Under the pieces are notes generated by a model. The model was not told the origin of the DNA. It worked only from the letters and a program-made list of their open reading frames with translations, and did no database searches. A program made the position numbers and the translations under genes. From a virus, in the IMG/VR virus record IMGVR_UViG_3300045988_176106: a stretch of 64,000 bases of DNA. One strand, 5' to 3'. Positions 1-9,222 of the stretch are shown one piece after another. Each line of letters starts with the position of its first letter. The first letter of the stretch is position 1.

Positions 1-2
1 AA

Positions 3-371
3 ACACAAGAAATCCGTAGTGATTTTGTTATAGGATCAGTTATTCCAACAGGTAGACGAGAAGTCTACACTGTTATTACTGAACATGGACATTCTTTAAA
101 GGTTACAACAAACCATTTATTTTATGCATATAACGGAGATGTATATTCATATATCTCTATTGATGATGGGTTAGAAGTTGGACATAAGGTTTTAGTTACT
201 GACTTATTTTATAATGAAGAACTAGAAGCAGATATAGAAAATGTGAATCAATATGGAGATCTTTTAGAATCAGAAATAGTAGCTATAGAGTATTCTGGTA
301 TAGAGGATGTGTACGACATAACAGTAAATCTGAATTCTAATTTCTTTGCAAATGGTATCTTAGTTCACAAT
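3..371 (+). mobile_element. Mini-intein (Hint domain), C-terminal part; C-terminal splice junction HN|C at 371/372
   Basis: Block B-like T-x-x-H (KVTTNHLFY). Block F/G VYDITVNLNSNFFANGILVHN is followed by a +1 Cys (TGT 372-374). Only about 45 aa lie between block B and block F, so there is no room for a LAGLIDADG/HNH endonuclease domain. Confidence 0.8.
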
Positions 372-890
372 TGTGAACTTAATAAGATTAATAAAGCTCC
401 TATAGGTTCACAATGTATATATGAACAAACATATTTAAGACAATCTATTGAGGGGTACCTAGAAGAGTTTAATGCAGATCCAAGCAGAATAACTGAAATG
501 CATCTTATATCCGAATTATCAGAATTAGACCTATACGAAAGAAGAGCTACATTAATGTTAGCTCTACAAGACCAAAATATGTCTCAAGAAGATTTTTACG
601 GATTTGATGCCAATGGTGGGCAAATAATAAAAGAAGATGTATCTAAATATTTCAATATAAAAGAGCGTATCAAAAAGAATCGCTTAAAAATATTAGAAAC
701 ATTAATGGCCACAAGAAAAGACGCTGCAAAAGTTGCAGTAGATACACTTCAAAGTGGAGTATCATCAGAAATGGCATCATTAGCATCCAAAGTTGATATG
801 ATATTAAAAAATGTCGGAAATTCAAGCGGTGGTCATTATGTAGATCCAGCAATTCAGGAATTCTTAAATGCCAAGAAAAAAGAGCAATAA
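3..890 (+). CDS. Intein-containing protein, 5'-truncated by the window edge (C-terminal half of a mini-intein followed by a 173-aa C-extein of unknown function)
   Basis: The frame of the listed 243..890 ORF stays open back to nt 3, so the GTG at 243 is not the real start. Translation reads ...GRREVYTVITEHGHSLKVTTNHLFY...VYDITVNLNSNFFANGILVHN|CELNK... Stop TAA at 888-890. Confidence 0.8.
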   Translation, partial: TQEIRSDFVIGSVIPTGRREVYTVITEHGHSLKVTTNHLFYAYNGDVYSYISIDDGLEVGHKVLVTDLFYNEELEADIENVNQYGDLLESEIVAIEYSGIEDVYDITVNLNSNFFANGILVHNCELNKINKAPIGSQCIYEQTYLRQSIEGYLEEFNADPSRITEMHLISELSELDLYERRATLMLALQDQNMSQEDFYGFDANGGQIIKEDVSKYFNIKERIKKNRLKILETLMATRKDAAKVAVDTLQSGVSSEMASLASKVDMILKNVGNSSGGHYVDPAIQEFLNAKKKEQ

Positions 891-1323
891 GAATAACAAG
901 AATAATGGTATATATTTCAATAAAAATGATATGTATAAGAGCGGTATGTTTAAGTCTGTCAAAAATAGACAGTATATGAAATACCGCTCAGCATATGAAT
1001 ATGCATTTTTTGAAAAACTTGAATCTGACCCAAATGTTATAAAATATTTGGCTGAAGCTATACATATACCATATGTGGACATAGACTTAAAAAAGAGAAC
1101 ATATATTCCTGATGTCCTGGTTCTTTATAAAGATGGCAGAATGGAGCTTTGCGAGGTTAAACCAACTATAATGCTTAAAGATCCAAATGTGCAACTAAAA
1201 GCAAGGGCAGCAGTAAGGAAAATAAAATCTACTGGCAAAAATATGTCATTCAGATTTATAACTGAAAATGACCTATTTAAGAGTAATAAAGAATATTTAG
1301 CTATACTGGATAAAATAAAATGA
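868..1323 (+). CDS. PD-(D/E)xK nuclease, TnsA-N-terminal-like / restriction-endonuclease fold, with a basic N-terminal tail
   Basis: ATG start overlaps the upstream gene by 23 nt. Core RSAYEYAFFEKLESDPNVIKY...YIPDVLVLYKDGRMELCEVKP gives the S-x-x-E ... PD ... E-x-K layout typical of TnsA_N-type nucleases. Confidence 0.6.
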   Translation: MPRKKSNKNNKNNGIYFNKNDMYKSGMFKSVKNRQYMKYRSAYEYAFFEKLESDPNVIKYLAEAIHIPYVDIDLKKRTYIPDVLVLYKDGRMELCEVKPTIMLKDPNVQLKARAAVRKIKSTGKNMSFRFITENDLFKSNKEYLAILDKIK

Positions 1324-2993
1324 ATAAAGATTTATGGCAATATGTTACATCTTTCGATATAGAAACTACATCATTAACTCCTAATGGCAATATAACTTTA
1401 GATTATAATGGTGTAACCAGGAATATAGGAAAAGGTAGAATATGGTCTATAGGTGCATACGGAAGAAGTAAGGATAAAACTATTGCCAAAGAATTCCATT
1501 ATGATCCAGATAGTGTTATAGATAAAAAAGCAGAATGGAATGCCCTAAAAAATAAAGAGTTCTACTCTACGAATAAGGTCGTAAGAGACTATTTTGAATA
1601 TGATACTGAAAATTTTAGAAACAATGATATTTACAGGCATATAGATGATGATATATTTGGCGATGGTGGCAATAAGAGGGGCATGATATTAATACAAAAC
1701 TCTCAATTTGAAAGAAGATGGATGTCTTCACTGCCATATTCAGAAATGTTGTCTATACATCGTAATATGATAGAATCTCAAATGTACAATGGTGAAAGGG
1801 TAAATCAGTTGTACAGACCGGCGGAAGTGAGTAGGCATTTACAAGATGCCAAGAATGCCAAAACACTAGCGGCTAGTGATAAAGCATACGACAGAATGAT
1901 TGAAGCTTATAAAGAGATAGATAAGAGAATCTCGTCTTTACCAGCAGGTCAAAATAAATTTTATGTAGCAGACCTTATGGATTTTACTGCAGCAACATTG
2001 ACAAAGGCAGCTGCTCAAGGTAAAGTCCCTGAATCGTATTCTAAAATGGGTCATAATGTTGACTTCTTGGCAAAGTTAATGCTTGGAGAAGAAGAGATAC
2101 ATGGAGCCATGTCAGATGCTAGACAGCAGTATGCAATATTCAAAAAGATGAATATGATAAGAGAAGAGCTTGTATCTGGTAGTTTATCTGACGAGACAAA
2201 AGATATATTTACAAGGATGAGAGAAGCTGAACCATACCTAAGAGAAGTTATGGGTATGAAAGTTTTAAAATCTAATATTCAAAAATATAAAGAGACTGGC
2301 AAATTTGATACAAGACGTAGAGCTGGAGATGCAACTATAACAATAGTTGACAATATCAGTGGTGAAGAGAAGAATATATCTGTTCCTAAATATGTATATA
2401 CTGGATCAAAAGAAGATTCTATAAAACGTATAATGGAAGAGGTAGACAAATATGGCAACACATCTGCAAAGAGGCATCTTGATGACGCATGGGCTAGGTC
2501 TAGTGGTAATATAGATGATTTTATAGATATAATAAGAAATATAGACTCTCCGTCGATAAATAATATAGAGAATTTAGCAGATAATGCTGTAGAGAGCATA
2601 TTGTTAGGTGGAACTGTAGATAGCGATACAAAAAAGCTCATAGAAGAATCATCAAAAATAGACCATAAAAAAGAGTTTATACGAAAAGCAGAAAACATAT
2701 ATGACACTAGAATAAAAAATATACCAGTAATTGGTGAGCTATTACCAAGTAACTTCAAAAAGGGGTATGGCGTATTAGGTCTAGGAGCCGCTGCATTAGG
2801 ATTATATGCGTCAATGGATTCGTTTGATGATGATTTAAAGGTTAGGGCAATAAGAGAAGATCAACAAAGGCTAAGACAAAGACAATATGCAGACCCAACT
2901 ATAAGACAATTCCAGTCACTAGATTATGCATCAATGCCAGCTGGTGTAGGAAAAGCTAACTGGGAGGAGCGGAATAAACACTATGAGTATTGA
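1320..2993 (+). CDS. DEDDh (DnaQ-like) 3'-5' exonuclease domain protein with a long C-terminal extension ending in a Gly-zipper hydrophobic segment
   Basis: ATGA overlap with the upstream gene. ExoI FDIETTSL; ExoII-like LIQNSQFERRW (Glu where Asp is usual); ExoIII H-x4-D in EEIHGAMSDARQQ. C-terminal GYGVLGLGAAALGLYA. Confidence 0.6.
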   Translation: MNKDLWQYVTSFDIETTSLTPNGNITLDYNGVTRNIGKGRIWSIGAYGRSKDKTIAKEFHYDPDSVIDKKAEWNALKNKEFYSTNKVVRDYFEYDTENFRNNDIYRHIDDDIFGDGGNKRGMILIQNSQFERRWMSSLPYSEMLSIHRNMIESQMYNGERVNQLYRPAEVSRHLQDAKNAKTLAASDKAYDRMIEAYKEIDKRISSLPAGQNKFYVADLMDFTAATLTKAAAQGKVPESYSKMGHNVDFLAKLMLGEEEIHGAMSDARQQYAIFKKMNMIREELVSGSLSDETKDIFTRMREAEPYLREVMGMKVLKSNIQKYKETGKFDTRRRAGDATITIVDNISGEEKNISVPKYVYTGSKEDSIKRIMEEVDKYGNTSAKRHLDDAWARSSGNIDDFIDIIRNIDSPSINNIENLADNAVESILLGGTVDSDTKKLIEESSKIDHKKEFIRKAENIYDTRIKNIPVIGELLPSNFKKGYGVLGLGAAALGLYASMDSFDDDLKVRAIREDQQRLRQRQYADPTIRQFQSLDYASMPAGVGKANWEERNKHYEY

Positions 2994-4098
2994 TAACGAA
3001 ACATTAAAACAGCGTAAATCCAAGGCGTTTCAAAGAAAAGTTGATCAAATAGATTTACAATGGGACCAAACTGGTAGAGGTTCATCCTTTAAAAAGAATA
3101 TAGATTATGCTAAAACTATATTCAAGGTTGATAATAATGGTGCTCTTAATACAGGTCTTAGATTTGACAAAAGGAAGATAACAGGTGGATTTGAAGATTT
3201 GGCATCAAAATATGACAGTATGAAAAAGTCTGGCATATCAAATATAGAAGATGTCATGAAGATAAGGTCACAATCTGCAGCAAGGGAACAAACATTTGCA
3301 CAGAGATGGCTTGGTTACGGACATAAAGATTTTCAAACACTTACAACTCCAAGATCAGGGGGAGGTATTGGTAATTTATATATGATGCCTTCTTATGAAG
3401 CATTTGCAACAGCCGGTGTTGGAACTCACTTAAATAGGGCAGCAGCATTCGCATCTGGTATCGGGTTAAAAGATGACCTTATGAACTCAATAGGTGTTGC
3501 AACTGCACATCAAAAGAAAATTATGGCATCAAAAAGTGTTGGCAAGCTTGACAAGTTATTTGCAGGTGTTGCGCCAATGATGGGGGCAGTGTTTTCAGGT
3601 GCAGAAGCATTACCATATTTGACAGGAGAGAAAGAGTCCACCATTACGGATAATGCTATAGTTAGCGTTGCAGGAATGGCTTTATCTTTAGCTGCAGGAA
3701 CATATGGATTTAGGGTTGGAAAAGAACTTACACATGCTGCAACATCGCTTATTCCTAAATTCTCAAAACAAGGTCAAACATTAGGTAAGTTAAGTAAGGC
3801 CCGTGGAGGCCTTAAAATGGCAACTGGTGTAACAGGTGGTCTAGCTGGAGGTATTGGCGCTACATTGGCTGTAGATATGGCTGTAGACATGTTTAAAACA
3901 GCTTCTGACCAGAATAACTCTATCAATAGAGTTAAGAACGCACTGTATAGAAACGATATGGTTGGCAATACATCTGTAAACACTAATCAGCTGTTAACTA
4001 GTAGACAAAAGGCTATGTCAGCATTAAGTAAATCATCATTGAACGATAAAGCATATATAATGGGCAACGAAGCAGCAATACTAAAAGGAATATATTAA
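2983..4098 (+). CDS. Gly/Ala-rich protein with several hydrophobic (membrane-like) segments; function unknown
   Basis: ATG overlaps the upstream stop. Segments FAGVAPMMGAVFSGAEALPY, IVSVAGMALSLAAGTYGF and TGVTGGLAGGIGATLAVDMAV. No catalytic motif recognised. Confidence 0.75.
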   Translation: MSIDNETLKQRKSKAFQRKVDQIDLQWDQTGRGSSFKKNIDYAKTIFKVDNNGALNTGLRFDKRKITGGFEDLASKYDSMKKSGISNIEDVMKIRSQSAAREQTFAQRWLGYGHKDFQTLTTPRSGGGIGNLYMMPSYEAFATAGVGTHLNRAAAFASGIGLKDDLMNSIGVATAHQKKIMASKSVGKLDKLFAGVAPMMGAVFSGAEALPYLTGEKESTITDNAIVSVAGMALSLAAGTYGFRVGKELTHAATSLIPKFSKQGQTLGKLSKARGGLKMATGVTGGLAGGIGATLAVDMAVDMFKTASDQNNSINRVKNALYRNDMVGNTSVNTNQLLTSRQKAMSALSKSSLNDKAYIMGNEAAILKGIY

Positions 4099-6050
4099 TG
4101 GGTGTTATACCAATAGTTGATGAAAGTAAAATAAAATCTCCTGTAGAAATAGATATTTCAGATGATAAAGTTGCAGGCAGCATACTTGGACTATATGAAA
4201 CATACTGGAAAGATTATCTAAAGAAAAAGAACTATAATACAGATCCTAATGAAATGTGCAGAATCTGCCAGATGAATCAGATTAAAAAGTTTGGTGAGAT
4301 AACAATAGAATGTAGTGGTCCAAAAACAGTTGTAGGCAAAATGCCAGATGAGATTAAGGCTAATTTCTCAGACGAAGAACTTGATAAGATAGAGCAAACT
4401 AAAAATCCATATGCATGGGCAGATGCAAATATAGATATAGATCAGCCAGACCCTGATAAAAGACTTTTTGCAAGAAGATGGCATCAAGAAATGATGGTAG
4501 TATGCTCTGCCAAAAAGAAAACTATTAGATGTGGACGACGTGCCGGTAAAACATTTGGTTTAGCAATAGACATCGTAGACAGACTAATAAAAAATGAAAA
4601 CTACCAAATCCTCGTAGTGACCCCATTTGAATCTCAAGCAAAAGAGATAACAGATACAGTAAGAAAACTATTAAGAAAAATAAATCCAGAAATAGGATCA
4701 TGGAATTCTTTGGTTACACAGTCTGTAGCATCACCTTATCAAAAGATAACACTAAAAAATGGTTCTACATTAAAAGCATTTACAGCAGGTAATGATGGTG
4801 GATCAATTCGTGGTCAAGGTGCAAACTGGCTTATAATTGACGAGGCAGACTTTTTAACTAAGGCTGCATTTGACTCTGTAATAGCAATTCTGATGGATAA
4901 AAAAGACACAGAATTTACATGTACGTCTACACCTATGGGTGAGAATATATTATTCAAATTATCAAATTCTAAAGAGTATAAAGAATTCCACTTCCCATCA
5001 TTCGTAATCCCTCATTACAGTGATGAGATGGATAAAGACCTTAGGTCTTCTACCTCTGTAATGGGCTATATACAAGAGATCCAAGCAGAGTATGGTGTAG
5101 CAGATAATGCAGTTTTCCAAACTGAATTTATCACAAGAGCAGAAGAGACAAAACTATCAGCACCAATAGTTGATGTACTGATGAATAGACAAGATTATAT
5201 ATTAATACTTGGATGTGACTGGAACGCGGACAAAGTTGGTACAAGAATATGTATTGTTGCATATTCTAAAAAAGAGGATAAGGTTTTTGTATGCTCTATG
5301 GACAATGTGAGAAAAGAGGGGTGGACTCAAGTTGCAGCTGTTGAAAAAATAAAAGAGCTTAATAGGCAGTATATTCCTGACTTTATATTTGTTGATGAGG
5401 GTTTCGGTGAAGCAAACGTGCAACAATTAAAACTTGTTGCGCTAGACTCATATGGAAAACTTCCAAAGGATCATCCAGATTTAAGATTGGCGAATGTACA
5501 ACCAGTAAACTTTTCATCTACATTGGACCTAGTGGATGTTGTTACGGGAGAGATACGTAAAAAATACTATAAAAACTTTATGGTAGAAACAGTGAAAAGG
5601 ATGCTTGAAAAAGGTCTTATATCGTTAAATAATAAGTTAGCAGAACCCATAGTAGAGCAAATGAAGGGCTATGTTGTAAAATCTAGGAATGCTTCTGGAA
5701 GAGAGATATATGAAGCTAAGAACCCAGAAGTTGGTGATCATGACCTAGATGCCTTTATGATAGCGGTATGCGGCCTTCACATGAAATATGAATCAATCCT
5801 TGACACTAGAAGATATTCAGAGTATACAATTTTGCCTTTTGAAAAACAGACGTCTAAGGGTTATAATAGTCAAACTACTATAGAAAAAAGAAAAACAACT
5901 GATGAATTATCCAGAGATGCTAAAAAACTTTATGGAAGAGCTGGTTTAGTTAGACCAAGTTCTGGAAGAGCTGGTAAGCTTATTACTAGAAGTAGTGCAT
6001 ACGGTAAATTCAAGGATTATAGATCAAATATGAGTAAAACATATAGATAG
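4098..6050 (+). CDS. terL: Terminase large subunit (ATPase + RNase H-like nuclease)
   Basis: Walker A CGRRAGKTFG; Walker B/catalytic WLIIDEADF; C-terminal nuclease-type acidic motif GDHDLDAFMIAV. About 140-aa N-terminal extension with CRICQ...C. TAATG overlap with the upstream gene. Confidence 0.9.
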   Translation: MGVIPIVDESKIKSPVEIDISDDKVAGSILGLYETYWKDYLKKKNYNTDPNEMCRICQMNQIKKFGEITIECSGPKTVVGKMPDEIKANFSDEELDKIEQTKNPYAWADANIDIDQPDPDKRLFARRWHQEMMVVCSAKKKTIRCGRRAGKTFGLAIDIVDRLIKNENYQILVVTPFESQAKEITDTVRKLLRKINPEIGSWNSLVTQSVASPYQKITLKNGSTLKAFTAGNDGGSIRGQGANWLIIDEADFLTKAAFDSVIAILMDKKDTEFTCTSTPMGENILFKLSNSKEYKEFHFPSFVIPHYSDEMDKDLRSSTSVMGYIQEIQAEYGVADNAVFQTEFITRAEETKLSAPIVDVLMNRQDYILILGCDWNADKVGTRICIVAYSKKEDKVFVCSMDNVRKEGWTQVAAVEKIKELNRQYIPDFIFVDEGFGEANVQQLKLVALDSYGKLPKDHPDLRLANVQPVNFSSTLDLVDVVTGEIRKKYYKNFMVETVKRMLEKGLISLNNKLAEPIVEQMKGYVVKSRNASGREIYEAKNPEVGDHDLDAFMIAVCGLHMKYESILDTRRYSEYTILPFEKQTSKGYNSQTTIEKRKTTDELSRDAKKLYGRAGLVRPSSGRAGKLITRSSAYGKFKDYRSNMSKTYR

Positions 6051-6064
6051 GAATAAAATTAGAT

Positions 6065-6484
6065 ATGAATGCTAACAATATAACAGTTACAAATGAGACA
6101 GTACAATCGGATGTTGGCATATGCTATTTTGATCCAATTGATGAAACTATAAAAGAGATTGGTTCTAGCTATATTTTAAGTAGCAATTCATATGGCCCAA
6201 TAGTACATAAGCTGATGGTTGCAGTTTCATCTAAATCATTGTCAAAAGTTAGCATTAAGCTTGTAGAGTCTGAAGACTTAAGTAGTAAACTAGATATAAA
6301 ATTGTTACCTGGCGCAGTGACTCCTTCATATTATGAGTTTGATAATGTTCCAAGTTACAACAGTATAAATATAAATGGTCCGCTACAACCATATTCCCTG
6401 ATACCATTCTTTATGCATATAAAGGCAAAATCAGATATAGCGGCTATAAGCAACCTTCCTCTTGAGGTTTCATATGAATTCTAA
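6065..6484 (+). CDS. Hypothetical protein
   Basis: 139-aa ORF within the co-directional array. No motif recognised. Confidence 0.7.
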   Translation: MNANNITVTNETVQSDVGICYFDPIDETIKEIGSSYILSSNSYGPIVHKLMVAVSSKSLSKVSIKLVESEDLSSKLDIKLLPGAVTPSYYEFDNVPSYNSININGPLQPYSLIPFFMHIKAKSDIAAISNLPLEVSYEF

Positions 6485-6743
6485 TCAAGTAGAACTATCA
6501 GATGTAATGAAAGTGATAGAGGACTTAGTTAATGCTAAGTCCTCATTATTCGAGAAATTAAAAGATCTAAGAGTTGCTGTATCACAAGAAAAGAATCCAG
6601 AAATAATAACAGCAATAGTCTCACTATTCGGTAGTGATAAAGTAGTAAATGGTAAAGCATACATAACCTTTGAAATGGTTACTCAATGTATGAGAGTTGT
6701 TTATAAGGCTGGGGCAGCAAAAGCCTCTGAATTAATAAAATGA
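6474..6743 (+). CDS. Hypothetical small protein
   Basis: I prefer the ATG at 6474 (overlaps the upstream stop by 11 nt) to the listed TTG at 6462. Predicted helical, 89 aa. Confidence 0.65.
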   Translation: MNSNQVELSDVMKVIEDLVNAKSSLFEKLKDLRVAVSQEKNPEIITAIVSLFGSDKVVNGKAYITFEMVTQCMRVVYKAGAAKASELIK

Positions 6744-7321
6744 CAGACGCTACATTATTTACAGATTTAACTCAAAATAATATAACTGCGCAGCATAGAG
6801 CAGAATTATATCAGAGAATATATCCATTTATGGCTGAAGATTTTGTAAACCACCAAGATTTTACAACATTTATGGAAAACCTTACAAAATGGATGTCATC
6901 AATAGAGGAAAAGCTAACTAAGCAAGGTGCTGCATTAGCTAAGCATACTCACGGTATCACACCACATACACATACAATACCTCAGCACACACACATGATA
7001 CCACCTCATTTTCATCCTCATGCGTATGGACCTACGGGCCCTGTGCCATTAGTTACACTTGTTGAAACACCAAGATCAACACTTCCAAATAATATGCTTC
7101 AAACTCAAGTTCCTGAGGAGCCATCTGGAGTAAACTGGTCTACAGGAACAATACCGAATCCATATTCAAATACATCTGGGGCTACAACAAATCTTGTTAA
7201 CTCCATAGTTGTAGGATCCGGTACAATAGGTGATTCAACACCAAGGGCAAGAAGGTCTATAGTAAACCCACAAGCGGCAACACCAGTGATTCCGCCATAT
7301 TTAACACCTAATGTAGTATAA
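6740..7321 (+). CDS. Coiled-coil protein with an HxH repeat tract (putative metal-binding fibre/needle-like virion protein)
   Basis: ATGA overlap. N-terminal helical region (FMENLTKWMSSIEEKLTKQGAAL), then KHTHGITPHTHTIPQHTHMIPPHFHPHAYGPTGP, then a Pro/Thr/Ser-rich tail. Confidence 0.8.
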   Translation: MTDATLFTDLTQNNITAQHRAELYQRIYPFMAEDFVNHQDFTTFMENLTKWMSSIEEKLTKQGAALAKHTHGITPHTHTIPQHTHMIPPHFHPHAYGPTGPVPLVTLVETPRSTLPNNMLQTQVPEEPSGVNWSTGTIPNPYSNTSGATTNLVNSIVVGSGTIGDSTPRARRSIVNPQAATPVIPPYLTPNVV

Positions 7322-7329
7322 GGACTTTT

Positions 7330-9222
7330 ATGGAATTAGAAAGAAAAGTGTCCTCTACGGACAACACTGCATATGCTACTGCTTATGCACAACAAATTGT
7401 TGACCATTTTGCAAAAGCTTTGCAAGAAAACGGATGCTTAATTCAGGTTCCAGCATCTTTATATATAGAATTAGATAATCTTCATAATCAAATAACAGAT
7501 TATATAGATAGTGCTATAAATTCAGCATCATTAATAGATGATGGGTCTAGTAATGCAAAACAAGATCAAAATGGTGCCACTAATACTGAAGATAGTAATA
7601 CAACTGAAAATGGTATAACTAACGCAGCAGTTGCATCTGCTATAAGAAAAGTAAGTAATGACTGTTTTAACTGCTCAATTCCGAAACCAAAGTTTGACTT
7701 CTCTGGCATATTTGATAGATTAATAGCGGATATACAATCTGCGCTAAGTCAATTTGAACATATGTTTAAATATAAAAAGTCAAATGTATGTCAATACTCA
7801 TACTTCTTTTCGTATTTATGTATACCAGACCTTTTAAAACTTTTATCTCTTATATTAGCAGCGATAGTAAAATTAATGTCAAATATTAATTTGCCTAGAA
7901 TAACTATTGCAGCTTTCATAAATGGAATTTTATCTGCTATAATAGAGGCTTTGGTAAAGAATATATCTATACTTGCTAGATTCGCACTTACTCCTGTATT
8001 GTGTATATTAGATGCAATTGATTCCATAATCGGCCAACTGCCAACACCAGAAAATATAAGACAATCTTCATCAGAAGATCTTAAAAAACTTGGCGTTAGT
8101 GAAGAATTCCTAAATGGAACATACGATACAAATCTTAAAAAACAGACTGCAAGCCTAAGAGATGCTTATTCATCAAGAGTAAATAATCTTTCAAATTCTG
8201 CAACATCATCTATTCAATCTTACGCAGAAGAAACATTTGCTCCACTTAAAAATACAATAAATAAGAGTGTAGAGTCTTTAAATAATAGCATAGCTGAATT
8301 AGCAGCATTATTAAATCATTATTCATGTGAACCATCTAGATCTGGAATATCTATATCAAATTACTTATCGAATATTTCAGAATTAATGGCACTGGCAAAT
8401 CTATTAAGATATATAATAAGATTTAAAGCAGGAAAGAGTGCGTATGAAAAACTGTGTAATACTCCAGTCGATGGAAGTAACGCACTAAATGATAATGATG
8501 TAGGTGATATAGCTGGAAACCTATCTGTTGAAAATATAGGATCTATAATAGCAGAGACTATTGAGAGCGATGTTGAAATAATAACAGATGACAAAGGTAA
8601 TCCAACTGCATTTATAGTTGATAAAGATAATAAGAATAAGGATTCTAATCCAAATAATTTATCATTTTATTCATGTAATCTTGAGGACTTTACAAATTCT
8701 GTAAAAATCCCTAATATAATAAAAGAGATAGTTGACAACGGTATTCCAACTGATAATATACCTGGACTTCCTAATGGTGGATGGACAATAACAATAACTC
8801 CTGAAGATAAATTTACTACTCCACCAGATGATAAAATGATAGTGCCTATACGTGATGATAATGGATGGGATCTTCCAGATCATATTAGAAATATCGTATC
8901 ATTGATAAGTAAATACGACGGCACAGTAAAAAACCCAAAAACAGAAGCAGATATAATCTTTGTAAATGATGATTATATTAATAAACTTATAAATAAGAAG
9001 ACTCCTAGTCTTCCTACAAATAATGTTACAAATCCTGATGGTACAACAACTGCTATAACTACAAACGGTACAGAAGGTATAACTCCAGTAAGAGAAAGAG
9101 AATCTGTTCGTAATATCGTTGCAACATTGTCCCCAGGTAATAATCTCGGCATCAATATGTTAGATTGTGCTAGTGATGAAGAGTTGAACAATATATTGAA
9201 AAACCTTGGCGGAGATATTTAA
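7330..9222 (+). CDS. Large hypothetical protein with a central cluster of hydrophobic helices
   Basis: AGGA Shine-Dalgarno-like site 5 nt upstream of the ATG. 630 aa. Central region YSYFFSYLCIPDLLKLLSLILAAIVKLM...ITIAAFINGILSAIIEALV...FALTPVLCILDAIDSIIG. Confidence 0.8.
   Translation: MELERKVSSTDNTAYATAYAQQIVDHFAKALQENGCLIQVPASLYIELDNLHNQITDYIDSAINSASLIDDGSSNAKQDQNGATNTEDSNTTENGITNAAVASAIRKVSNDCFNCSIPKPKFDFSGIFDRLIADIQSALSQFEHMFKYKKSNVCQYSYFFSYLCIPDLLKLLSLILAAIVKLMSNINLPRITIAAFINGILSAIIEALVKNISILARFALTPVLCILDAIDSIIGQLPTPENIRQSSSEDLKKLGVSEEFLNGTYDTNLKKQTASLRDAYSSRVNNLSNSATSSIQSYAEETFAPLKNTINKSVESLNNSIAELAALLNHYSCEPSRSGISISNYLSNISELMALANLLRYIIRFKAGKSAYEKLCNTPVDGSNALNDNDVGDIAGNLSVENIGSIIAETIESDVEIITDDKGNPTAFIVDKDNKNKDSNPNNLSFYSCNLEDFTNSVKIPNIIKEIVDNGIPTDNIPGLPNGGWTITITPEDKFTTPPDDKMIVPIRDDNGWDLPDHIRNIVSLISKYDGTVKNPKTEADIIFVNDDYINKLINKKTPSLPTNNVTNPDGTTTAITTNGTEGITPVRERESVRNIVATLSPGNNLGINMLDCASDEELNNILKNLGGDI

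Noticed and set aside
243-245. ORF-track start codons at 243 (GTG), 6462 (TTG), 16508 (GTG), 52419 (GTG) and 32871 (ATG).
   Set aside because: The 243 ORF's frame is open back to the window edge and carries upstream intein blocks. For the others, a downstream ATG with a better Shine-Dalgarno site or stop-start coupling is more plausible (6474, 16517, 52428, 32949).
6986-6995. (CA)5 microsatellite-like run inside the HxH tract, considered as a slipped-strand phase-variation site.
   Set aside because: Only five units. It simply encodes H-T-H codons (CAC ACA CAC), and a dinucleotide slip would destroy a conserved-looking late gene.
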